From IMG/VR virus record IMGVR_UViG_3300027886_000010, positions 1-33,330 of that record: a stretch of DNA of 33,330 bases. The stretch is one strand, 5' to 3'. The stretch comes from a virus. Its lineage: Duplodnaviria; Caudoviricetes. A program made the translations under genes and the position numbers. Of the stretch, positions 1 through 8,121 are shown in pieces (positions within the stretch are counted from its first letter, which is position 1; the number at the start of each line of letters is the position of its first letter). The notes under the pieces are model-generated. The model made no database searches and was not told where the DNA came from. It was given only the letters and a program-made list of their open reading frames with translations.

Positions 1-220
1 TCTCGCGGTCCTGACGCTCACGATCCCAGCCGCGGACACTGAGCGCCGTGCGCAGCCGCGTCAACGACACCCACCGATTACCTGAGGTCCGGTTCGGGTT
101 CGCGGCGAGGGCATCATCGAACGCGTCACGGATGTCCAGGTCGGCTATGGCGCCAGCGTCCACAGTGGGGACCTGGACGATCGCAGCCGAGCTGCGCCCT
201 GAACCACCACGGCCACCCAT
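1..220 (-). CDS. MGGRGG-leader protein 2, truncated by the window edge; paralog of 220..603
   Basis: Not in the ORF track. ATG at 220 overlaps the upstream TGA (TGATG). Manual translation MGGRGGSGRSSAAIVQVPTVDAGAIADLDIRDAFDDALAANPNRTSGNRWVSLTRLRTALSVRGWDRERQDRE is open to position 1. Confidence 0.85.
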   Translation of the reverse strand, partial: MGGRGGSGRSSAAIVQVPTVDAGAIADLDIRDAFDDALAANPNRTSGNRWVSLTRLRTALSVRGWDRERQDRE

Positions 221-603
221 CAGCGCTTATCTTTCGGGAAGTTGTAGGCGGGATCGATATTGAACACCATCAGTGGCGAGCTGCCGGGCCTCTCGATGCC
301 AGCCGCCCAGTCACGTGGGGTTGCAGCCTTCAAGTTCGCCATTGGCACCATGCGAACATTCGGCTCATATTTCACCAGTGACTTCAGGGCGGCGTCCTGA
401 GCCTCACGGCCATATCCTCTAGCGTCCAACGCGTCCCGTATGTCAGCCAGACTGAGCCATTCGCCTGGCTGACGCTGGGATCTGTAGATGCTAAGGATCT
501 CCGTCTCCAGCGGGCTCCTCGACGCTGCGGCCTCAGCACGCGCAGCTGCCTGAGCTACAACGGTAGCCAGGTTGGTGCGCGGTGCGCCGCCTCTGCCGCC
601 CAT
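220..603 (-). CDS. MGGRGG-leader protein 1 (127 aa), possible winged-helix-like domain
   Basis: Start reassigned from 816 to the ATG at 603, which overlaps the upstream TAA (TAATG). Shares W-x-S-L-x-x-[IL]-R-x-A-L-x-x-R-G-[YW]-x-R-E-x-Q-D with the next gene. Confidence 0.85.
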   Translation of the reverse strand: MGGRGGAPRTNLATVVAQAAARAEAAASRSPLETEILSIYRSQRQPGEWLSLADIRDALDARGYGREAQDAALKSLVKYEPNVRMVPMANLKAATPRDWAAGIERPGSSPLMVFNIDPAYNFPKDKR

Positions 604-1286
604 TACTCGTCCCAACGTGTCTTGAAATATTCGAACGGGGTCTGTGTGAAAACTGTATCCTCCCCGAGGCTGCGGCCATAGACCAGCACATAGTCGGGTT
701 TCAGCGCATCCATCATCGCCTCCAAGCCGCCGAGGTAGCCGCGTTCTGCCTCGAATCCACGGATCCCCACCGACGACACGGCCACCGTGGAATGCTGCGC
801 GATGCCGGCGAAACAAAACTCGTAGCTGGCCGGTGTGGACCAGGACACGGTGGGGATGACGTCAACTCCGTTGCTGTGCATCCACGCCCCGCACCACCGT
901 GACCTATATACCTGCCACAGCTGCATGGACAAAGGCATCTCACGCCACAGGGAGAAGTCGGGTGTCAGCGAAACCCCCACGCGCATGATGCGTGACAGCG
1001 ACCGCCGCGGCTGCGTCCACACCGTTTCGAAACGGTAGTCGTCCAGAAAAAAGTGGACCGCGTCTCCCTGCTGTGGGTGTTCCACTTTGTGCCGGTCGTT
1101 GTAGGCGATCAGCCGTGTCGGTGCGGCGGTGGTGCGTGGCAGGTCGGGGATGCCCCATTGGTTGCTGCTGGTGTACAGGGTGTGGGTGTTGTTGCGGTCG
1201 AAGTTGCCTGGCAGCGAGCCCCAATTGTGGCTGCTGCGGGTGACGTTGAGCTGGGCTTGGAGTTCCACACCGAAATCATAGGACAC
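603..1286 (-). CDS. DUF4417-family protein
   Basis: Motifs HFFLDDYRFE, TPDFSLW, QLWQVYRSRWCG, GVDVIPTVSW, SYEFCFAGI, VAVSSVG and LVYG match my recollection of DUF4417 (PF14386). Confidence 0.8.
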   Translation of the reverse strand: MSYDFGVELQAQLNVTRSSHNWGSLPGNFDRNNTHTLYTSSNQWGIPDLPRTTAAPTRLIAYNDRHKVEHPQQGDAVHFFLDDYRFETVWTQPRRSLSRIMRVGVSLTPDFSLWREMPLSMQLWQVYRSRWCGAWMHSNGVDVIPTVSWSTPASYEFCFAGIAQHSTVAVSSVGIRGFEAERGYLGGLEAMMDALKPDYVLVYGRSLGEDTVFTQTPFEYFKTRWDE

Positions 1287-1309
1287 TCGTATATACCTAC
1301 TTAGTCATC

Positions 1310-1322
1310 TAAGATCACTTTC
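1310..1322 (+). promoter_or_regulatory. Leaderless-type -10 promoter of terL
   Basis: TAAGAT (1310-1315), 7 nt, then ATG 1323. No SD sequence. Lies in an AT-rich 36-bp divergent intergenic region. Confidence 0.6.
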
Positions 1323-2783
1323 ATGGGTAAGTCGATGAAGCGCATCGTCTCCGAGATGCCGGAGCGCGAGCAGAAGGCGCTGCTCGACAGCTTGGACATT
1401 CAAACCCTGGAGATGATGGCCAGGGAGGAATGGTTTTACGTCCAGCGCCCGGAGCAGGTGCCGCCACCTGGCGACTGGACAGTGCACCTCTATCTGGCCG
1501 GCCGTGGCTGCGGGAAGACACGTTCGGGTGCGGAGTGGCTGGTGCAGCGTGCCATCGACTTCCCCTATGACTCGTCCGGGTTCCCCACGGAAAGGTTGGT
1601 GGTGGCCTACAACCTTTCCGACACCCGCATCGTGTGCATCGAAGGCGCCTCGGGTGTGCTGCGGGTGCTGCTGCGTCGCGGATTCGAAGAGGTCAAAGAC
1701 CATTACCGCGGGGACATGACCAACAAGTTCCACTACACGAAGTCACCGAAACCGCACATCACGTTGATGGAAACCGGGGCGAAGATCCACTTCACTGGTG
1801 CGGACCCCGACGCGCCCCGAGGTTTCAACCTGGCCGACGCGTGGCTCGACGAACCCGTCAAATGGGAAGACCCCATGGCGGTGTGGAAGGAGGGCATCTT
1901 CCCGGCGCTGCGTGCCGACCTGCCCGGTGACAAACCGCGAGCCTTCGTCACCACCACCCCCAAACCGATCCCGCTGCTGCAGTACTGGCTGTCCCAACAG
2001 GACGGCACAGTGTCCATGGCGCGCGGATCCACCTTTGACAACGCCGACAACTTGTCTGAGGCGTTCCTCATCGAAGCGAAGAAGATGTATGAGGGCACTG
2101 CGCTAGGTCGCCAAGAGCTGTATGGCGAAATGCTAGACAGCCTGGAAGGCATGCTGTTTTCATACATGGCCATCCATGGCAACAGGGTCAGCATCGGCCC
2201 GACGCAGGTTGCCCACCGCACCGTGGGTGTGGACCCCGGCCTCACCGGCGCTGAAGACGGTGACGAAATGGGTGTCGTGGTGGTGCTGCGCGACGCCGAA
2301 GATCACATGTTCGTGGTGGCTGACGAAACCACCAGACTCGTCGGCCGTGAAGCAGCACTTCATGCATGGCGTGTCTTCGAACGTTATCAATGCGACACCC
2401 TCGTGTACGAGTCCAACTTGGGCAAGGCGTGGATGCATGAAGTGTTTTTGGATGCCTTCAAGGAGCTGCAGAGAAGTGGCGTGTTCTCGATGGACATCAT
2501 GGAACCGCCGCTGGTCCCCGCCTTCTCCACCGTCGGCAAGAAATTGAGGGCCGAACCGGTGGCGATGCGCTACTCGCAGGGCCGGGTGCATCACATCGGG
2601 GTGTTCGAAAAGCTGGAAGCGCAGATGCTCGGCTTCGACCCAATCACAAGCAAGGTGTCCCCGGACCGGCTTGACGCTTTGGTCCACGCCTGCCGGCATC
2701 TGATCGACGGGGAGAAACGACGCTCCAAGATCTTGTCGCCGGCGAACTACCCGATGCCGACTCTTGGGATGAATGCCTGGTAG
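1323..2783 (+). CDS. terL: Terminase large subunit
   Basis: Walker A LAGRGCGKT, Walker B AWLDE, coupling motif VTTTP, nuclease acidic motifs VGVDP and SPDRLDALV. Confidence 0.97.
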   Translation: MGKSMKRIVSEMPEREQKALLDSLDIQTLEMMAREEWFYVQRPEQVPPPGDWTVHLYLAGRGCGKTRSGAEWLVQRAIDFPYDSSGFPTERLVVAYNLSDTRIVCIEGASGVLRVLLRRGFEEVKDHYRGDMTNKFHYTKSPKPHITLMETGAKIHFTGADPDAPRGFNLADAWLDEPVKWEDPMAVWKEGIFPALRADLPGDKPRAFVTTTPKPIPLLQYWLSQQDGTVSMARGSTFDNADNLSEAFLIEAKKMYEGTALGRQELYGEMLDSLEGMLFSYMAIHGNRVSIGPTQVAHRTVGVDPGLTGAEDGDEMGVVVVLRDAEDHMFVVADETTRLVGREAALHAWRVFERYQCDTLVYESNLGKAWMHEVFLDAFKELQRSGVFSMDIMEPPLVPAFSTVGKKLRAEPVAMRYSQGRVHHIGVFEKLEAQMLGFDPITSKVSPDRLDALVHACRHLIDGEKRRSKILSPANYPMPTLGMNAW

Positions 2784-2790
2784 GAACCTG

Positions 2791-2816
2791 CGTCCTAGGA
2801 TGCTAACTTAGTCAAT
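2791..2816 (+). promoter_or_regulatory. Extended -10 leaderless promoter with CGTCCTAGGATG box
   Basis: TGC-TAACTT (2801-2809), 7 nt, then GTG 2817. The same 12-mer occurs upstream of rusA on the minus strand. Confidence 0.55.
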
Positions 2817-3140
2817 GTGATCTACTTGCTCGCCTTTGTCGTGCTGGTGCTGGCTGTGGCCAGAGTGACACGGGTGATTGTCCTGGACGACGTGGCCATC
2901 CCGCTGCGTCGCTGGGTTATCACCAAGTTCGGTGAGGACTCCGCAGCGGGCAAGCTCGTCACCTGCTACTGGTGCGCCGGCTTCTGGGCATCCACACTCG
3001 CCTGCCTCTACATGCACATCCTGGTGGCCGCTGCCGGGTGGCTGCCGTGGCCCACCGTGGCGCTGCTGCCCATCACCACATTCGCTGTCGCCTATGGCGC
3101 CTCGTGGGTCCTGGACAAGGAAGGCACCGATGGCATTTAG
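2817..3140 (+). CDS. DUF1360-like membrane protein
   Basis: Hydrophobic helices, ARVTRVIVLDD and LVTCYWCAGFW motifs, position between terminase and portal. Confidence 0.75.
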   Translation: MIYLLAFVVLVLAVARVTRVIVLDDVAIPLRRWVITKFGEDSAAGKLVTCYWCAGFWASTLACLYMHILVAAAGWLPWPTVALLPITTFAVAYGASWVLDKEGTDGI

Positions 3141-4974
3141 CCGCAAAGCCAAAGCAACACCGGTGCTTGAACCCGAAGCGCCAAGCCTCATCGCCTCCGC
3201 GGTGAGGATGGGGCTGTCGGAAGAGGCATGGCGAGGCTACCGATTCACCGACGAAGCCTGGCAGCGGCAAGCCTGGGACTTCTACGACACCAACCCGCAG
3301 CTGCACAACGCCGTCGACTACATAGGCGCCGCCGCATCGATGATCCGCATCTTCGTCGCCGAAGTCGACGAGAACGGTGTGCGCCAAGGCGAAGTCGACG
3401 ACGATGCCGAAATCGGGGCGCTGGCCGAAACCCTGTTCGGCGGTCCGGCCAATAAGGCGGAAATGCTGCGCGGCATCGCCGAATCGCTCACCGTCGCCGG
3501 GGAATGTTTCATCATCGGCAAAGCGCTGGGACGTGGCGGTGTCTCCGACCAGTGGTGGGTGGCCGCCCCTGGTGAAGTCCGCAAAAACGGTGACGTTGTC
3601 TACGTCAACATGGGCCGCGCGCAGCGTGAAGAACTCAACCCTGGACGCGACATCGTCATCCGCACCTGGACCCCCCATCCGCGGCGTGCGTTTCTGGCCG
3701 ACTCCCCTGTCCGTGCGTTGCTCGGCCTGCTCTTCGAAATGGAGCAGATGCAAATGTTCATCAGGGCGCAGATGAACTCACGTATCGCCAACGCCACGAT
3801 TCTGCCCGTGCCGTCCACATTGGCTGTACCTAAAGGCGACAACCAGGCCGTAGCAACCGACGACATCTACCAGCAACTGTTCGAAGTCATCACCTCCAAC
3901 CTGGAGGGCAAAGGCACCGCCGCGCAGGTCGCCCCGATTCTGTGGCAGATGCCTCTGGCCGAACTGCAGGCAATGGCAGGTGTCGTACCGATCCGTTTCG
4001 ACTCACCACTGTCCGACCAGGCCATTGAGCTTCGCCGTGAGCAGCAGCAGAAACTGGCCATCGGCATCAACGTGCCAGTGGAAATTCAGCTCGGCGGCCA
4101 GGAAATGAACCACTGGTCGATCTGGTGGGCCGGCGAAGAGTTCATCGTGAAAACGATGCAACCCATGTTCAACCGCATCGTTGACGCACTCACCATCGCC
4201 TACCTCGTCCCCGCGTTGAAAGCATTGGGCAAAGACCCGAAGCGGTACACGTACTGGTACGACACGGCGCCGCTGGCGAACTCCGCCAACAAGCTCGCCG
4301 ACGCGTTGAACCTGTACAACGCGGACCCGCCTGTCGTGTCGGCGGCAACAGTTCGCCGCGAAGGCGGCTACAACGACGCCGACGCACCGACCGACGACGA
4401 AATCGCTGTGCGTTACATCAAGAAAATTATCGAACGTGACCCGACCCTGTTCGCGATCGCCGCGCTGCGTGAAGAAATCGGCATCAACGTCGACACCACT
4501 GTGCCGGCACTCACCGATGCCGGGCCGCCACCGCCACCGGTGCCGGGGCGTGTCCCTACAGAACCTCGGGCCGGACAGCAACCGTCACAACCCGCAGTAA
4601 CGGATGGTGGGCAAGGGCAGCTGATAGCTTCCGCCGTACCACCGCCGTCACCAGTATCCATTGCGGCCAATGGGCTGGTTGTTCGTGCTCTGGAACTAGC
4701 CGGTAAGCGGCTTCTGACCCCAACGCACCGGGGTCACTTTGGAACCACACCACCCCATCTGCTGCACACCAAAATCCTGGTGGGCTCATCAGCTCATGCA
4801 GAGACTCTTCTAGCTGGAGCGTGGGATCAATGGGATTACTACTTTGCTGGGATTCAGGCGCCAAGAAAGCAGCTGCAGCCTGTTCTTCACTCCTACGCGA
4901 AAGGGTTGCTGACCAACAGGATTGAGCACAGCCCAACACTTCTGGCAGCGATGCTTCAGGAAGCGTCTCGATGA
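3130..4974 (+). CDS. Portal protein (about 614 aa)
   Basis: Start moved to ATG 3130 behind SD AAGGAAGG. WQRQAWDFYD, TWTPHP..ADSPVR and MNHWSIW motifs, plus synteny. Confidence 0.9.
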   Translation: MAFSRKAKATPVLEPEAPSLIASAVRMGLSEEAWRGYRFTDEAWQRQAWDFYDTNPQLHNAVDYIGAAASMIRIFVAEVDENGVRQGEVDDDAEIGALAETLFGGPANKAEMLRGIAESLTVAGECFIIGKALGRGGVSDQWWVAAPGEVRKNGDVVYVNMGRAQREELNPGRDIVIRTWTPHPRRAFLADSPVRALLGLLFEMEQMQMFIRAQMNSRIANATILPVPSTLAVPKGDNQAVATDDIYQQLFEVITSNLEGKGTAAQVAPILWQMPLAELQAMAGVVPIRFDSPLSDQAIELRREQQQKLAIGINVPVEIQLGGQEMNHWSIWWAGEEFIVKTMQPMFNRIVDALTIAYLVPALKALGKDPKRYTYWYDTAPLANSANKLADALNLYNADPPVVSAATVRREGGYNDADAPTDDEIAVRYIKKIIERDPTLFAIAALREEIGINVDTTVPALTDAGPPPPPVPGRVPTEPRAGQQPSQPAVTDGGQGQLIASAVPPPSPVSIAANGLVVRALELAGKRLLTPTHRGHFGTTPPHLLHTKILVGSSAHAETLLAGAWDQWDYYFAGIQAPRKQLQPVLHSYAKGLLTNRIEHSPTLLAAMLQEASR

Positions 4975-5765
4975 CACAACCAGTGGAACCACAGATTCCC
5001 GAAGAGCCAGCACCAACCGGTGCGTTGGCTCTGGCGGCGTTTGAGGCATCCATTGCGGCACTTGTCCTTTCCATGTATGCGGCGTGGCTAGCCGCAGTAG
5101 CAAGCGCAGTTCTCGCCGCATTCCTCCGGTTCGGTACGGCACCCGATCCCACAGCACTCTGGTCCACAGTTCCCCGGTGGGAGCGTCAAGTCGATCGGCT
5201 TATGTCCGGCCTTGAGCAGATCGCAAGAGCTGGGTGGATCGAAGCGGGGCGCCAGCTCGGGGTCCAAATCCCATTCGATCCTCAGGACTCCCTCGTTCAA
5301 GATCAGCTGGCCAGGACAAGAAATCTTATGGTCCGCACACCAGACGAGGTCTACCGGCGAATCGTCAACGAGCTTGGTGTTGCGGTCGCCAACGGCGAAA
5401 GTGTAGAGCAACAGGCTGCACGTGTACGTCATGTCCTGGACGTTACAGGCACCGAAAACTGGCCCGCCAGAGCAAGGACAGTATCTGTCACAGAAGTCCA
5501 CCGCGCCTACAACATGGGCGCCCTGGCCGCGGCTTTGCGCATCCAGCAGCAGGAGTCCGGACCGCAGCTGATCAAAATCTGGATGTCACGTGACGACTCC
5601 GCGGTGCGCCCCGCACACCGCCTCGCCGATGGGCAGGCACAGTTCGCCTCGCAGCCGTTCGTGGTGGCCGGGGAGGCGCTGATGAGTCCTGGCGACCCGT
5701 CCGGATCCCCATGGAATGTGATCAACTGCCGCTGCAAGCAGCGCTTCAGTAGAGGAACACGCTGA
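4971..5765 (+). CDS. MuF-like minor head protein
   Basis: KIWMSRDDSAVRPAH...PGDP...NVINCRC MuF signature. ATGA overlap with portal. Confidence 0.9.
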   Translation: MTQPVEPQIPEEPAPTGALALAAFEASIAALVLSMYAAWLAAVASAVLAAFLRFGTAPDPTALWSTVPRWERQVDRLMSGLEQIARAGWIEAGRQLGVQIPFDPQDSLVQDQLARTRNLMVRTPDEVYRRIVNELGVAVANGESVEQQAARVRHVLDVTGTENWPARARTVSVTEVHRAYNMGALAAALRIQQQESGPQLIKIWMSRDDSAVRPAHRLADGQAQFASQPFVVAGEALMSPGDPSGSPWNVINCRCKQRFSRGTR

Positions 5766-7282
5766 TGGCTGTCAACGCCAACTTTTGGCGCAAGTTCCCC
5801 GTCGCTGACCGCGACCAAGGTTTCAACGCCGACCAGGCCATCACCCGCATCCAGCAGGCATCAGCCGGCAGCGTCGAAACATTCAACCAGGCGTTCCTGT
5901 GGCGTTCCGACTCAGGGCCGCCCAACAACAAGAACAGCTACCGGCTGCCCGTCGCCGACGTGATCAACGGCCGGTTCACGTTGATCCCCCACGCGGTGTT
6001 CACCGCCGCAGCGATCCTGCAAGGCGCCCACGGCGGCCTGGAAGGCGTTGTCGGGGATAAGGAAAAAGAGCAGCTGCGCGGTGTCGTGTCGGCCATCTAC
6101 AAGGTGCTGCGTGACACGTACAGCGACCCGCGTGTCGTACCGCCGTGGGAGCGGCAGGACACCCCACCGGACCAGCGTCCCAACCGGCAGATCACCGCAT
6201 CGATACTCAACTCGGATCTGGCGCAGCTGCCTGTGGTGCAACGTGACTGGCGTGCAGTTGATGCGACTAAACGGGTGTGGGACTGGGCCGACGGTGACTA
6301 CCGGCAGTACCGCAAAGCGTTTCTGGTGTGGGACCAAGACCGTCCCGAGAACAAGCAGTCGTACAAATACCCGATCGCCGATGTGGTGGATGGGCAGCTG
6401 TGTCTGGTCGCCAAAGGCGTTGCCACCGTCGCGGCCATGTACGACAGCAGCCGCGAAAGCATCGACGTGCCGCAGGAACTGCTCGAAGACTTCGGCGCGC
6501 TGCTGGCCGAAATCCGGTACGAGGAACAGGAAAGTGAGGACGCTATGACCGCTGCCGCACCGTTGCGTCCGCCGGCGCACTGGTTCGACGACCCGATGCT
6601 GGAAGGGCCGACACCGCTGACTGTCACCGCTGACGGGCGCGTGTCCGGGCATCTGGCGTTGTGGAACGTGTGCCACTTCGGGATGCAGGATGTATGCCGC
6701 ATGGCGCCGCATTCCAACACCGGCTACCAGTACTTCATGACAGGAACGGTCCTGACCGCGGATGGGACACAGCGCAAAGTCGGGCGGATCACGCTGGGCA
6801 CGGGGCATGCAAATCTGCGACTGGGCTACATACCGGCCGCGGACCACTATGACAACACAGGCACCGCCGTGGCTGTTGTTGCGGCAGGTGAGGATCGCTT
6901 CGGCCCTTGGGTTGCCGGTGCGACGGTACCCGGCGTGCCTGAGGAGAAGGTAGCGGAGCTGCGCAGATCCCCGCTGTCCGGTGACTGGCGGCCCACACCG
7001 AAGGGGTTGGAGCTGGTGGCCGCCTTGGCGGTGAACACGCCAGGGTTCCCGGTGGTGGGACTCAACGCATCGGGTGAGGTGTTGTCGCTGGTGGCTGCGG
7101 GTATGGTGCTGCGTGATGAGGAGATCGCGGCGTTGAACGGGCCTCAGGCGCAGCTGGAGCTGCCAGGTCCGGACGATGAGGCGCTGCGGGAGCGTCTGTC
7201 ACGCTTCCAGGCGAAAGCGGATAGGTTGACTAAGTTGGCGCGTTCGCGCAGGCTTAGTGACATCTTGAAAAGAGGTGCTTGA
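5765..7282 (+). CDS. Capsid maturation protease with a tandem-duplicated N-terminal domain
   Basis: C-terminal GHLALWNVCH, TLGTGHA, SPLSGDWR and LELVAALAVNTPGFP motifs as in actinophage prohead proteases. Two N-terminal repeats of AFL(W/V)...SY(R/K)(L/Y)P(V/I)ADV(I/V)(N/D)G. Confidence 0.8.
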   Translation: MAVNANFWRKFPVADRDQGFNADQAITRIQQASAGSVETFNQAFLWRSDSGPPNNKNSYRLPVADVINGRFTLIPHAVFTAAAILQGAHGGLEGVVGDKEKEQLRGVVSAIYKVLRDTYSDPRVVPPWERQDTPPDQRPNRQITASILNSDLAQLPVVQRDWRAVDATKRVWDWADGDYRQYRKAFLVWDQDRPENKQSYKYPIADVVDGQLCLVAKGVATVAAMYDSSRESIDVPQELLEDFGALLAEIRYEEQESEDAMTAAAPLRPPAHWFDDPMLEGPTPLTVTADGRVSGHLALWNVCHFGMQDVCRMAPHSNTGYQYFMTGTVLTADGTQRKVGRITLGTGHANLRLGYIPAADHYDNTGTAVAVVAAGEDRFGPWVAGATVPGVPEEKVAELRRSPLSGDWRPTPKGLELVAALAVNTPGFPVVGLNASGEVLSLVAAGMVLRDEEIAALNGPQAQLELPGPDDEALRERLSRFQAKADRLTKLARSRRLSDILKRGA

Positions 7283-7283
7283 T

Positions 7284-7415
7284 ATGGATACGACAGAGCT
7301 GGTCGCACTCGTGGAGGCCGGAGACGCTGAGGCTCTAGCGCGCCACCTGTGGACGATGCCGATCGAGGAACTGGAACAGCTCGCCGCCAGCGGAGAGTCC
7401 GATGGGGTGCAGTAG
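7284..7415 (+). CDS. Small acidic protein (43 aa)
   Basis: Below the ORF-track cutoff. SD AGAGGT, starts 1 nt after the protease stop, MDTTELVALVEAGDAEALARHLWTMPIEELEQLAASGESDGVQ. Confidence 0.6.
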   Translation: MDTTELVALVEAGDAEALARHLWTMPIEELEQLAASGESDGVQ

Positions 7416-7587
7416 CTGCGCCGGCCGCGCCAGTGCAGCTGCCAAATATCCGCGTACGGTCACGTTGGCTGACGGCTCGCAGGTGGAGGTCACGTCGCCG
7501 GCTGATGAGCGTGTGCAGCGGAGCAAGGCTCAGGAGCGTATGCGTGCGCGGGCTGCGGAGCGTGGATATAGTGTGACGCGACGGTGA
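7402..7587 (+). CDS. Small basic protein with N-terminal CxxC (MGCSSC)
   Basis: SD GGAGAG. Small MGCxxC-type genes are common after actinophage head proteases. Followed by a hairpin. Confidence 0.7.
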   Translation: MGCSSCAGRASAAAKYPRTVTLADGSQVEVTSPADERVQRSKAQERMRARAAERGYSVTRR

Positions 7588-7610
7588 GCACCGTTGCTTG
7601 GGGTTGAGGT

Positions 7611-7643
7611 GTAGGGGCCGGTTCTGCGGGAGCCGGCCCCTAC
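7611..7643. terminator. GC-rich hairpin, probable bidirectional terminator
   Basis: GTAGGGGCCGG ... CCGGCCCCTAC, 11-bp perfect stem between convergent genes. Confidence 0.75.
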
Positions 7644-7649
7644 GTGCAT

Positions 7650-7715
7650 CTACCAGAAGAGCACCACTGCTACCAGAGCGGCGAGGTACAGGATGGTGTG
7701 GCTGATGCTGGGCAT
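7650..7715 (-). CDS. 21-aa hydrophobic micropeptide
   Basis: MPSISHTILYLAALVAVVLFW. Starts 1 nt after the HTH gene stop and ends 6 nt before the hairpin. Confidence 0.55.
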   Translation of the reverse strand: MPSISHTILYLAALVAVVLFW

Positions 7716-7716
7716 T

Positions 7717-7980
7717 TCAGACGCGGAAAAGCGTGCCGTCAGACTCGTCTGGGGTTTCGGGTAAGTCGTCTATGGTCGCGTTGAGGTTCAGGCCGACGCC
7801 TTTGAGCATCCGGACCACCAGCTTGAAAGTGATCTTGTCTGCGCTTTTGTTCTCAGCCTTTGACCACGTGCCGGGGTCCACGCCGCCGATCTTGGATGCT
7901 TGGGCTTGGCTCAGGCCCAGGTTGGCGCGGCGCTCTTTGATCATGGCCATGATGTTGGTTTCGGGGGTCACACGCTTCAC
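7717..7980 (-). CDS. XRE-family HTH regulator
   Basis: IKERRANLGLSQAQASKIGGVDPGTWSKAEN. Leaderless promoter TGG-TAGGTT, 6 nt, then GTG. Confidence 0.88.
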   Translation of the reverse strand: MKRVTPETNIMAMIKERRANLGLSQAQASKIGGVDPGTWSKAENKSADKITFKLVVRMLKGVGLNLNATIDDLPETPDESDGTLFRV

Positions 7981-8020
7981 GCCCCAAACCTACCATGCGG
8001 GTACTTGTCACCGCACCTGG

Positions 8021-8049
8021 TAGACGAAGTACACCAAATAATCTATGAT
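8021..8049 (+). promoter_or_regulatory. Sigma70-type promoter for the capsid operon
   Basis: TAGACG (8021-8026), 17 nt, TATGAT (8044-8049). SD GGAAGGA at 8110-8116. Confidence 0.55.
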
Positions 8050-8121
8050 GGCCACGTTTACTACGGTGATGCGCTGTGAGCCTGCCGACACGAACCACAC
8101 CCATGTGTCGGAAGGAACACC

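Noticed and set aside
604-816. N-terminal extension of ORF 220..816
   Set aside because: It overlaps DUF4417 out of frame. The TAATG coupling and the MGGRGG paralog support a start at 603.
2878-3129. Longer portal start given in the ORF track
   Set aside because: It overlaps the DUF1360-like gene. A good SD precedes ATG 3130.
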